A stretch of DNA of 64,000 nucleotides from Planctomycetota bacterium (lineage in GTDB: Bacteria; Planctomycetota; B15-G4), in assembly GCA_038212275.1 (NCBI GenBank), contig JBBQUR010000002.1:192001-256000 (forward strand), given 5' to 3'. The notes beneath the pieces were generated by a model. The model had not been told where the DNA came from, searched no databases, and saw only the letters and a list, made by a program, of their open reading frames with translations. Below, piece after piece: positions 36,126 to 44,823 of this stretch (its first letter is position 1; every line of letters begins with the position of its first letter). The position numbers and the translations under genes were made by a program.

Positions 36126-37153
36126 AAGGTGCAGTCGTCGCCGTTGTCCACGTGCGGCAACGGAGCGGAGATGCCGTGACAGGCCCGGCAATCCATGCCC
36201 GGGAAGTGGTTGGGCGGCTGGTCGGTGGCATCCAGGTGACTGGGCGTGCTCTTGTGGCACACCGAGCAGCTCTCGCTTTGCAGCGGGTAGTGACATGCCA
36301 TGCAGTGCGTGTCCTGAGGAGCGCCCCACGCGCCGCTGTTGTGACTCAGCGGCGGAGTGTCGTTGTGGCAACGCACGCAGGAGGACGGTTCGTGGCAGGT
36401 CCTGCACGAGTCGCGATCCATGTCGGCGACGACGCCGTGGCCGCGCAGTCTCCAGAAGTTGTTGTGACTGGCCGGCGGCTGGTCCTGGTGGCACTTGATG
36501 CAGGTCTGGTCCGTGTGGCAGAGGGTGCAGTCGTTCGCGGGCCCCTCGAAATCGCCGCGCACCGCAACGCCGTGTGTCGTCATCCACTGCTGACTGTGAT
36601 TCGGGGGCATCGTGTCCGTGTTGATCAGGCTGTGGCAGACCGTGCACGAGGTGTCCTGGCCGACGCTCTGATGGCAGCGGATGCAGTCGTCCATGCGCGG
36701 CGACACGGAGGGATCCACGAAGTCGTTGGTGAGGATCGGCTCGTGGCACGCTTCGCAGGAGGCGCCCGCGCCGACGTGCGTCGCGTGCGAGAACTTCACC
36801 TCGTCCGCCAGCGCCGAGGCGCGGGTCGCGCGGTAGGCATCGCCGTCGAAGAGCGAGGCCACCTGCCGGTCCGGCTCCTTCCCGGCATCCAGCTCCTCGT
36901 GGCACAGCGCGCACTGGGCCGGCTTCACGTCCTGGACGACGTCGCCGTCCTCGTACGCGGAGTGGCAGTCGCTGCAGCTCAGGCCTTCCTCGAGGTGCCG
37001 TTCGTGGCTGAAGGCAAGCGGCTTGTCGCTCAGGCCCAGATACTGCAGCACCGCGCAGCCGGTGATCGCGAGCACGGCCAGGGAGAGAAGCCTGGCCAAC
37101 CTGCCGCGCGAACCCGGTCGACGCCCATCCGTGAGTCTGTCTAGAAGCGCCAT
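36113..37153 (-). CDS. 13-heme c-type cytochrome (cytochrome c3/c7-like N-terminal half)
   Basis: ATG at 37153 overlaps the porin 3' end; hydrophobic N-terminus with ITGC; FSHxxH motifs; 13 CxxCH counted. Confidence 0.87.
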   Translation of the reverse strand: MALLDRLTDGRRPGSRGRLARLLSLAVLAITGCAVLQYLGLSDKPLAFSHERHLEEGLSCSDCHSAYEDGDVVQDVKPAQCALCHEELDAGKEPDRQVASLFDGDAYRATRASALADEVKFSHATHVGAGASCEACHEPILTNDFVDPSVSPRMDDCIRCHQSVGQDTSCTVCHSLINTDTMPPNHSQQWMTTHGVAVRGDFEGPANDCTLCHTDQTCIKCHQDQPPASHNNFWRLRGHGVVADMDRDSCRTCHEPSSCVRCHNDTPPLSHNSGAWGAPQDTHCMACHYPLQSESCSVCHKSTPSHLDATDQPPNHFPGMDCRACHGISAPLPHVDNGDDCTFCHK

Positions 37154-38682
37154 GTTGCCTTCGCCGTGAGGGTGTCGAAGTTGTCCACGTCGCTCACTTC
37201 GTGATCGATGCCGAGCGACCACGTGAGCGTCTTGTCCACGAGATACCGCATCGTCAGGTAGTAGTCGCGCACGTCCTGGCGATCCTCGTTGAGCAGGAAG
37301 TCGTTCTTGTACAGCGCGTAGAACGAACCGAGCGACATCCGGACGGCCTTGGTCCACTTCCGCGTGAGGTCGACGCCCCACGTCGCGTATTCGGTGTTGT
37401 CGTTGCCGTCCCAGAGCTCGCCGGTCACCGAGAAGTCCAGGTCTTTCGTGACGAAGTCGTGCGTCGTCTCCGTGAGGAAGTAGCGCGTGAACTCGTGGTT
37501 GAAGTCGCCCTCGTCGTCGCTGTTCTTCAGCTTCCGGCCGTCCAGTCCGGCGGTCACGTCGTAGCCGGCTTCGAAGGATTTGCTGGCCAGCACGCGCGCC
37601 TGACGGAAGGGTTCGTACTGCGTCAGCGTGGCGTAGTAAGGATCGAATTCCTCGACCAGGAACTCCTGCGTGCGAAGCAGCTCGTGATACCAGAAGTTCA
37701 CCAGCCAGCCGGACTCGGGGCGCACCCACGTCGCGCGCAGATCGAGATCGCGCGGCTTCTCCTCGAGCACGGAGTAGGCGCCTTCCACGTGCACCTCCTT
37801 GCCGAACTGCTGGCCGAGTCGCGCGGCGTAAAGGTCGTTGTTCTCCGAACCCAGCTGCGACTCGCCCTGCTGCACGCCGTTCTCGATGTGCAGCGCGTCG
37901 AGGCGCAGCTTGCCGCCCTCCCACGGCCGCACCTTGAAGTAACCGCCGACCACCTTGTTGCCCGACGACGACGACTCGTACTCGTAGTCGGACTGACCGA
38001 GGTAGGCGCCGTATTGCTGCCGCGCCGAGCCATCCGGCGCGGTCTCGATGGCCACGCCGTCGAAGCGCACGTACTCGGGCGTGTCGTCGAGCTGCTGGCG
38101 GCCGATGCGCAACAGGCTGAAGCCGTTCTCGTGGAAGTCCGCGTACGCCTCGTACAGGTTGGAGTGCACGGAGTTGGAGTAGGTGTCCTCCAGACCGCCG
38201 TACAGGTCCTGGTTGCTGTTCTTGTCGAGGTCCCACGCGGCCCGGGCCAGCACGTAGCCGGTCACCTCATCCTTGGCCGCGTCACCGATGCTCGTCTCGA
38301 GCAGACCGTAGATGTCCGTGTCGTGCGTGCCGCCCGTGGTCCTTTCCACGAAGCGCAGCCCGAACGATCCGTGCACCACGCCGCTCTCATCGATCTCGCC
38401 TTCCTTGCCATCGTCCGTGGTCGCGCCCGCGGCGGCAGATCCGTACGGCGAGGCAGCGCCGGCAGGAGTTGTTCCCGGCGCGCCCTCGTCCACGGAGACC
38501 ACGGCACCTTCGCTCCATGCTGCGGTGTCGCCCGTCTCGCCGGCGCCCGCTGCGCCTTGAGCAGGACTGCCGCCGGCCGGGCCGGCACAACCCGCCATCA
38601 GCGAGGCGGACGCCACGCCGGCAGCCAGTGCAAGGAGGAGGCCGTAGCCCCTGGGTGCCGATGATTCGCCGTGTCTGTCCAC
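37141..38682 (-). CDS. Putative outer-membrane beta-barrel porin of a porin-cytochrome complex
   Basis: Signal peptide with MAGC; alternating amphipathic strands (LYEAYADF, LRIGRQ, YGAYLG); acidic loops; C-terminal AKATWRF. Confidence 0.75.
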   Translation of the reverse strand: MDRHGESSAPRGYGLLLALAAGVASASLMAGCAGPAGGSPAQGAAGAGETGDTAAWSEGAVVSVDEGAPGTTPAGAASPYGSAAAGATTDDGKEGEIDESGVVHGSFGLRFVERTTGGTHDTDIYGLLETSIGDAAKDEVTGYVLARAAWDLDKNSNQDLYGGLEDTYSNSVHSNLYEAYADFHENGFSLLRIGRQQLDDTPEYVRFDGVAIETAPDGSARQQYGAYLGQSDYEYESSSSGNKVVGGYFKVRPWEGGKLRLDALHIENGVQQGESQLGSENNDLYAARLGQQFGKEVHVEGAYSVLEEKPRDLDLRATWVRPESGWLVNFWYHELLRTQEFLVEEFDPYYATLTQYEPFRQARVLASKSFEAGYDVTAGLDGRKLKNSDDEGDFNHEFTRYFLTETTHDFVTKDLDFSVTGELWDGNDNTEYATWGVDLTRKWTKAVRMSLGSFYALYKNDFLLNEDRQDVRDYYLTMRYLVDKTLTWSLGIDHEVSDVDNFDTLTAKATWRF

Positions 38683-38732
38683 TGTATTGCCCTGTGTCCC
38701 AGACTTCGGGAAGCGTGTCCGGGCGCCTCTGT

Positions 38733-38748
38733 CGCAACTGTCATGCCG
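38733..38748 (-). promoter_or_regulatory. Sigma-54 -24/-12 promoter upstream of the porin gene
   Basis: Minus strand CGGCATGACAGTTGCG = GGCATG-N4-TTGC, about 50 nt before the GTG. Confidence 0.6.
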
Positions 38749-38860
38749 GTGTCACGCGCGCGAAGGACCTGCGCTTCCGGTGCACTTGCGGGGCCCCCGA
38801 AGCGGCACCTGGTCCCGCGAATGCGCCCTCCGGCCGCTGCTCCACCGCTCGGATCGCGAA

Positions 38861-39343
38861 CTATTCCGCATCTCCTCTGGTGAACTCCACGCCGCGAGGC
38901 GGCGTCTCCGCGTGTCGAGTGAATCGGGAGTGATCTGCTCCTGACTCCCGAACCGCGGAGCCCGCACGCACCACCTTCACCTGCTGGCCGCAGAGCTCGT
39001 CCATGAGGCGCTCGAGCGCCGCGTCCTCGAACTCGTCCCAGCCCTTGCAGAGGTCGCGCTCGAGCAGCTGCGTGTCGCAACACAGCTCGGCCCCGAAGCG
39101 CCGCTTCCGCTCGACCAGCCAGGCGTTGGCGAGCGCCTCGAATTCCGCACGCGGGAGCTCGGGATGCCTCAGCGACAACCACCAGAAGCGCCGCTTGAGA
39201 TCGGCGTAGCTCCACCGGGCAAAGCCGTGGCAGAGCGTGCCGGTGCGTGCGGCAACCTCGCAGAGGCAGTGCTTGTCATCCACCTGTTCCGCGAGACGCG
39301 GGCGCAGAAGGTCGATGGCTTGCTCACGCGTGATGGTCTTCAT
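38861..39343 (-). CDS. Cys-rich hypothetical cytoplasmic protein (160 aa)
   Basis: GAGGT RBS; MKTITREQAIDLLR...HCLCEVA...LCHGF...LCCD...LCKGWDEF; protein-like composition. Confidence 0.65.
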   Translation of the reverse strand: MKTITREQAIDLLRPRLAEQVDDKHCLCEVAARTGTLCHGFARWSYADLKRRFWWLSLRHPELPRAEFEALANAWLVERKRRFGAELCCDTQLLERDLCKGWDEFEDAALERLMDELCGQQVKVVRAGSAVRESGADHSRFTRHAETPPRGVEFTRGDAE

Positions 39344-39601
39344 GGCGCTACCTCGGGCGATCGAGGGGAGTGAGGGTGATCGGATGCCACGGCAGCAGCC
39401 GATGCCAGCTGTCCCGAAGCAAGCAACTATCCATCCAGCGACTTCGCTTCGCTGCGCTCCCGCCCGGGCACGCGTCGAGCCGGCCGTCAGCGATCGCGAT
39501 CGGGTGCGCGACCTGCCCGTTCCAGTCGCTAGAATCCGCGCCTCGTTCGGCGGCGCGCTTCCCTGACGGAGCGCTCGGCGCGCGCTCACTCGGGAGACGA
39601 C

Positions 39602-40840
39602 ATGGCCAGCAAGCCGCGCAAGGGGCGCACCGCCGCCAAGAAGAAGAGCTCCTCCGCGCCACGCCGCAGCGCCGCGGGCAGTCGTCCGGGGACCAGCACC
39701 AGGTCGGCCGAAGCCGCCGCCATCAAGTCCCACGAGCACTGGCGCGAGCACATGGGCACGGGGCACAGCGACGGCCTCGTGCCGGTGCGCTCGCTGGACC
39801 TCTCGACCGTCTCCTCCGTGAATGACCTCGTCCGCGGCATGTCGGCCACGAGCTTCGGCGGGCGATCGCTGGGCGAGGCGGCCGACATCCTGGAAGTCAT
39901 GGTGCGCGACCCGGGCTGCAAGGTCGTGCTCACGCTCTCGGGCGCGATGACCATCGCGAAGCAGGGCCTCATCATCGCGGACATGATCGAGCGCGGCTGG
40001 GTGCATGCCGTCGTCTCCACCGGCGCGCTCATGTGCCACGGCATGGTCGAGACCGCCGGCATGCTGCACTTCAAGCACGACCCGACCATGGGCGACGAGA
40101 AGCTCTTCGCCAAGGGCTACAACCGCGTCTACGACACGATCGAGCTGGAGCAGAACCTCGACGACACCGAGAAAATCATGGCGAAGATCCTCGGCAGCGT
40201 GCCGGAGAACGAGCACGGCCTCCCCGAGACGCTCTGCAGCCACAAGCTGAACCGCCGTATCGGCGAGTACCTCGCGCGGCACACGAAGGGCCGCGGTCCG
40301 CTGCGCTCGGCCTTCGAGCACGACGTGCCCATTTATGTCCCGGCGTTCACCGACAGCGAACTCGGCCTGGACTACGGCACCAACAATCATCGCCGCCGCC
40401 TCGCCGGCAAGGGCCCGATCCCCTACGACCCCTTCCTCGACCTCGAGGACTTCCGCACGCGCATCGACAGCCACGAGACCTGGGGCATCTTCACCATCGG
40501 CGGCGGCGTGCCGCGCAACTGGGCCCAGCAGGTCGCGCCCTACATCGACATCCTCGGCAAGCGCCTGCCGGAGATGCGCCGGCCGCTGCGCCGCTACAGA
40601 TACGCGGTGCGCATCTGCCCGGAGCCCGTGCACTGGGGCGGCCTCTCCGGCTGCGACTACAGCGAATCCGTGAGCTGGGGCAAGATCGTGCCGCGCAGCG
40701 AAGGCGGCCGCTGGGCCGAGGTCAAGGACGACGCGACCATCGCCTGGCCGCTCATCGTGAAGGCCGTCATGGAGCGCGTGGATGGCGCGGGCGGCAGGCG
40801 CAAGCGCGCGGCATCCCCTCGTGCGGCGCCCGGGCGCTGA
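39602..40840 (+). CDS. Deoxyhypusine synthase-family protein
   Basis: SFGGRSLGEA, LTLSGAMT, VSTGA, PAFTDSELG, IGGGVPRNW, GGLSGC...ESVSWGKI, DATIAWPL. Confidence 0.9.
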   Translation: MASKPRKGRTAAKKKSSSAPRRSAAGSRPGTSTRSAEAAAIKSHEHWREHMGTGHSDGLVPVRSLDLSTVSSVNDLVRGMSATSFGGRSLGEAADILEVMVRDPGCKVVLTLSGAMTIAKQGLIIADMIERGWVHAVVSTGALMCHGMVETAGMLHFKHDPTMGDEKLFAKGYNRVYDTIELEQNLDDTEKIMAKILGSVPENEHGLPETLCSHKLNRRIGEYLARHTKGRGPLRSAFEHDVPIYVPAFTDSELGLDYGTNNHRRRLAGKGPIPYDPFLDLEDFRTRIDSHETWGIFTIGGGVPRNWAQQVAPYIDILGKRLPEMRRPLRRYRYAVRICPEPVHWGGLSGCDYSESVSWGKIVPRSEGGRWAEVKDDATIAWPLIVKAVMERVDGAGGRRKRAASPRAAPGR

Positions 40841-40965
40841 GCATCCTCATCGCGCTGGCCGGGTTGCCCGGCACCGGAAAGAGCACGCTGGCGCGCGCAC
40901 TCGCGGCGCAGGTCTCGCGCGTGATCGAGGCACTCGCAGCGCTGCCCACCGTCACGCACAACTGA
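40837..40965 (+). pseudogene. Remnant of a P-loop kinase (AAA_33-like) gene
   Basis: 42 codons: LSILIALAGLPGTGKSTLARALAAQVSRVIEAL..., Walker A intact but no further domain. Confidence 0.5.
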
Positions 40966-41024
40966 CTCACGGGGGCCGCGCGCCACACCGCCGGGGCAGC
41001 GCACCGCGAATCTTGAGCGTGCCC

Positions 41025-41870
41025 TCAGCGCGGCGCGGCCGCTTTCTCAGCGTCGCCGGCCGCGGGCGCAACACCACCCGTGACGCTGTTCCCGCCGACG
41101 CCGTCGGAGCCGTCCGCCGCGCGCGGCTTGGCCGGCTGCTCTTCGCCGCCGGACGCGTCGCTGGCCTTGTCCGTCGCCCTGTCCTCCACGCTGGCCTTGG
41201 CGTTCTTCTCGCGCAGCAGCTCGATGAGCTGCGCCGGGCTCTTGCCGGACAGCACTTCCTGGAACTGCGATCGGAAGTTCTGGACGAGGCTCACGTTCTC
41301 GATGGTGATGTCGATGATCTGCCACGCGCCGGTGTCCTTGTTCGCGCGCAGGCGGTAGTCGATGAGCGTGTCGCCCTGCTCCTTGGAGATCACCTTGGAG
41401 CGCACCGTCCAGTCGCCCTTGCCCTCGTCGCGCGAGTCGTAGATCTCGATCGTCGAGAACTTGGCCCCCTCCGCGTTGCGGTAGTAGGTGGCGATGAGGT
41501 GTTCGCGGAACTGCTTGCGGAACTCGGCCTGCTCCTCGGTCGTGAACTTGCCGTAGTTCTTGGCGAGCACGAGCTTGGACACGACCATCATGTCGAGGCG
41601 GTTGTCCACGATGTCGACGATGCGCTCGCGCCGCGCGTGGCTGTCGAGGGTCGGATCCTTCAGCAGCGCGATGACCTTGTCGGCCGTGTCCTGGATGACC
41701 GCACGCGCACCGTCGGAGGGCGCCGTCTGCGCGGCGAGGGGCTGCGCGGCCGGCACCATCGCCGCGGCGGTCCGGGCAAGGCACGGCGAGGCCAGCACCG
41801 CGACGAGCAGCGCGGCGGCGGGCAGGATGCGGACGGCGGACGCGAGTTTCGTGTCAGGGTCGGGGTGCAT
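41025..41870 (-). CDS. mlaC: Phospholipid-binding protein MlaC/Ttg2D
   Basis: Signal peptide; SKLVLAKNY...EFRKQF, IDYRL, WQIIDITIENVSLVQNFRSQF; operon context. Confidence 0.88.
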   Translation of the reverse strand: MHPDPDTKLASAVRILPAAALLVAVLASPCLARTAAAMVPAAQPLAAQTAPSDGARAVIQDTADKVIALLKDPTLDSHARRERIVDIVDNRLDMMVVSKLVLAKNYGKFTTEEQAEFRKQFREHLIATYYRNAEGAKFSTIEIYDSRDEGKGDWTVRSKVISKEQGDTLIDYRLRANKDTGAWQIIDITIENVSLVQNFRSQFQEVLSGKSPAQLIELLREKNAKASVEDRATDKASDASGGEEQPAKPRAADGSDGVGGNSVTGGVAPAAGDAEKAAAPR

Positions 41871-42660
41871 CGTCGGGCTCCGTAGCCAGGTCTTCGTCGT
41901 AGAAATCTTCATTAGCCTGCTGGGTTGCGGCCGGCTGCTGCGCCATCTCGCCCTCGATCGCGATGCGGCGACGCTGCAGGTAGGCGTTGCGCACGAACAC
42001 GTAGTAGTCGAGCGAGGCCAGCCGCGCCTCGCGCAGCGGCTGGAGCAGCTGCGCGCGCGTGTTGACCACATCCACGACGCGTGAGCCGATCAGGACCGCG
42101 TCGTCCACGTCCCACACGGCGTTGTACGTCACGACGTCACCGACGAGGCCGGCCGTGTCGCGCGGACTGGACGGACCGAACAGCGGCAGCACGAGGTAGG
42201 GCCCCGAAGACACGCCCCACACCGCGAGGGTCTGGCCGAAGTCCTCGGGCCGCTCGATCAGGCCCATGTCCTTCGCCGGGTCGAAGAAGCCCACGATGCC
42301 CAGCGTGGTGTTGACCACGAACCGCAGCGTCTCGGTGCCGGCGTCCTCGAACTTGGCCTGCAGGAGGTTGTTGAGCACGTGCACGGGCGCCGCGGCATTG
42401 GTGAAGAAGTCGTCCACCGAGCGCTGCACGCGCGGCGTCGTGATCTCGTTCCAGCCGCGCGCCGTCGGCTCGAGCACGTAGTCGTCGAGCTGCTCGTTGA
42501 ACCAGAACACCTTCCGGTTCATGCCTTCCCACGGGTCGGCCTCGCTCGTGGTGCCCGGCGCGGCGCACCCGACGAGCGGCAGCGCAGCGACGCACGGCAG
42601 CAGCAGCATGCGCGACGCACGCGACAGGCGCGCCGCCAGCCCACGTTCGCGAAGGCTCAC
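41854..42660 (-). CDS. mlaA: MlaA/VacJ lipoprotein
   Basis: Lipobox LVGC; DPWEGMNR, RFVVNTTLG, EDFGQTL, GPYLVLPLFGPSSPRD. Confidence 0.92.
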   Translation of the reverse strand: MSLRERGLAARLSRASRMLLLPCVAALPLVGCAAPGTTSEADPWEGMNRKVFWFNEQLDDYVLEPTARGWNEITTPRVQRSVDDFFTNAAAPVHVLNNLLQAKFEDAGTETLRFVVNTTLGIVGFFDPAKDMGLIERPEDFGQTLAVWGVSSGPYLVLPLFGPSSPRDTAGLVGDVVTYNAVWDVDDAVLIGSRVVDVVNTRAQLLQPLREARLASLDYYVFVRNAYLQRRRIAIEGEMAQQPAATQQANEDFYDEDLATEPDDAPRP

Positions 42661-43118
42661 TTCTCGTCTCCCACCGACGTGTTGTGGATCAACTTGCCGA
42701 TGAGACGTTCGAGCAGCACCGCGGACTCCGTGAACGGGATCTTGTCGCCGTTCTGCAGGAAGTCCTCTTCGCCGCCGAGCTGCAGCAGCAGGTAGCGGTC
42801 GCCGAGGATGCCCGAGGTCATGATGGAGGCGCTGCTGTCCGACGGGTACTTGCGCCCGGCGTCCACGTCGAGCTCCACGCGGGCGCGACCTTCCTCATCC
42901 AGCGTGATGGAGCGCACCTCGCCCACCTTCACGCCGGAGATCTCCACCGGCGCGCGCACCTTGAGGCCGCCGATCTCGTCGAAGCCCGCATAGAGAGTGA
43001 GCTGCGGCGGCCGGCTGAGGCTGACGCCGCCGACCTGCAGGGTGAGGTAGGCGATGGCGGCGAGGCCGACCAGCACGAACAGGCCGACGACGAAGTCGCG
43101 CAGCGGAGAGCGTTCCAT
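42657..43118 (-). CDS. mlaD: MCE-domain protein MlaD
   Basis: VGLFVLVG, FDEIGGLKVRAPVEISGVKVGEV, TSGILGDRY, LERLIGK. Confidence 0.92.
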   Translation of the reverse strand: MERSPLRDFVVGLFVLVGLAAIAYLTLQVGGVSLSRPPQLTLYAGFDEIGGLKVRAPVEISGVKVGEVRSITLDEEGRARVELDVDAGRKYPSDSSASIMTSGILGDRYLLLQLGGEEDFLQNGDKIPFTESAVLLERLIGKLIHNTSVGDEK

Positions 43119-43121
43119 GGG

Positions 43122-43895
43122 TCAGATTCCCCAGAGGGCCGTGACGATGTAGTCGAGCAGAAGCACGGTGACGGACGCCGTGACCACCGTCGAGGTGGTG
43201 GCCGCGCTGACGCCGGCCGAGTTGGGTTTCGAGGTGAAGCCGCGCCACGTGGAGATGAGGCCCACGACGACGCCGAAGACGACCGCCTTCACCAGGCTTC
43301 CGACCACGTCTTCGTGAAAGTCCACGTTGGCGTAGAGATTGCTCATGTAGCGGCCGCCGTCGACACCCATGAGCGACACGCCGACGAGATAACCGCCGCC
43401 CATGCCGCACGTGATGAAAAGCGCGGACAGCAGCGGCATGACGACGATCATCGCCAGCAGGCGCGGCACGACGACGAAGCTCATCGGGTTCACGGCCATC
43501 ATGCGCAGGCCGTCGAGCTGCTCGGTGGCCACCATCGTGCCGATCTCCGCGGTCGTCGCGGAACCCGCGCGTCCTGTCGCGAGCAGCGCGGTGAGCACCG
43601 GCCCCAGCTCGCGCAGCAGCGAGATGCCGACGACCGCGCCGAGCGAGTCCGTCGCGCCGAAGCGCTGCAGCGTGTTGTAGCCCTGCAGCGCGAGCACGGC
43701 GCCCACCGCCGCGCCGCTGACGCAGATGATCACCAGCGAGAGCACGCCCAGCTTGTAGAGCTCGTCGAAGAAGACGCCCATGCGGAACGGCGGCCGCAGG
43801 GCCTGCAGCATCGCGCTGCCGGAGAACGCCGTGAAGCGTCCGAGCTGCTCCACGAAGTTCAGCGCCGAAAAGCCGAGGTTCTGGATCGCCTTCAT
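43122..43895 (-). CDS. mlaE: MlaE ABC permease
   Basis: LRELGPVLTALLATGRAGSATTAEIGTMVATEQLDGL, VVPR, GVSAATTSTVV. Confidence 0.92.
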   Translation of the reverse strand: MKAIQNLGFSALNFVEQLGRFTAFSGSAMLQALRPPFRMGVFFDELYKLGVLSLVIICVSGAAVGAVLALQGYNTLQRFGATDSLGAVVGISLLRELGPVLTALLATGRAGSATTAEIGTMVATEQLDGLRMMAVNPMSFVVVPRLLAMIVVMPLLSALFITCGMGGGYLVGVSLMGVDGGRYMSNLYANVDFHEDVVGSLVKAVVFGVVVGLISTWRGFTSKPNSAGVSAATTSTVVTASVTVLLLDYIVTALWGI

Positions 43896-43902
43896 CGCGC
43901 GC

Positions 43903-44718
43903 TCAACCTTCCACACCCTTGGCGGTGAGTACGGCCTCGTCCACGTCCGCACTGATGAGGTTGGCGACGAGCGGGTCCTTGCTCGCGCGCAACTCCGACG
44001 GCGTGCCCTGGACGGCGGCCTTGCGCACCAGCACGAGCACGTGGTCGGCCATGCGCAGCGTGGACGGGACGTCGTGCGAGATCACGATCATGGTCACGCC
44101 CAGCGAGCGGTTGAGATCCTTGAGCAGGTTCTCGATGCGGCGCGCCGAGATCGTGTCGAGGCCCGAGAAGGGCTCGTCGCAGAGCAGGTATTGCGGGTCG
44201 CGGATGATCGCGCGGGCCAGCGCCACGCGCTTGAGCATGCCTCCCGAGAGCTGGCCAGGCAGCAGCCGGTCCTCGTCCGCCGACAGCCCGACGGCGGTCA
44301 GCTTGGCGTGCACGCGTTCGCGGATCTCCGCCTCGCTCAGCCGGGTGTGCTCGCGCAGCGGAAAGGCAAGGTTGTCGTACACCGAGAACGAGTCGAGCAG
44401 CGCGCCGGCCTGGAACATCATCCCGATCTGCTCGCGCACCGCGTACAGGCCGCGCTCGGCGAGGGTGGTGAGTTCCTTGTCGCCGACGCGCACATGCCCG
44501 GCCCTGGGGTGCAGCAGGCCGCCGATGAGCCGCAGCAGCGTGCTCTTGCCGGAGCCGCTGCCGCCGAGGATCACGGAGATCTGCCCGGCGGGGAAGCGGC
44601 ACGTCAGGTCATCGAAGATGACGCGGCTTCCGAAGGCCATGCGCACGTGGTCGAACGCGACCTCGCCGCCCCGCCCTCGTTGCGCCACCTGCGCGCCGTC
44701 CTGACCGTTCGCCGACAT
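43903..44718 (-). CDS. mlaF: MlaF ABC ATPase
   Basis: GGSGSGKST, FQAGALLDS, LSGGMLKRVALARA, DEPFSGLD, SHD. Confidence 0.92.
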   Translation of the reverse strand: MSANGQDGAQVAQRGRGGEVAFDHVRMAFGSRVIFDDLTCRFPAGQISVILGGSGSGKSTLLRLIGGLLHPRAGHVRVGDKELTTLAERGLYAVREQIGMMFQAGALLDSFSVYDNLAFPLREHTRLSEAEIRERVHAKLTAVGLSADEDRLLPGQLSGGMLKRVALARAIIRDPQYLLCDEPFSGLDTISARRIENLLKDLNRSLGVTMIVISHDVPSTLRMADHVLVLVRKAAVQGTPSELRASKDPLVANLISADVDEAVLTAKGVEG

Positions 44719-44823
44719 GCCTGCTCGTCGCTCCAAGATCGAAGGCGACGGTTATAACGTCGCGCGACCCGTCCGCACGAGCGTGGCGGCGGCATGTCGG
44801 CGACCTGTCAGCCAGGCGCCCCC

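Noticed and set aside
36113..37153. Calling the 13-heme protein MtrA/DmsE and the porin MtrB
   Set aside because: Heme count, motif spacing and porin length do not match, so no gene symbols were assigned.
41025..44718. mla operon lacking mlaB as a novelty
   Set aside because: Mla-like operons without an adjacent mlaB are common outside Gammaproteobacteria.
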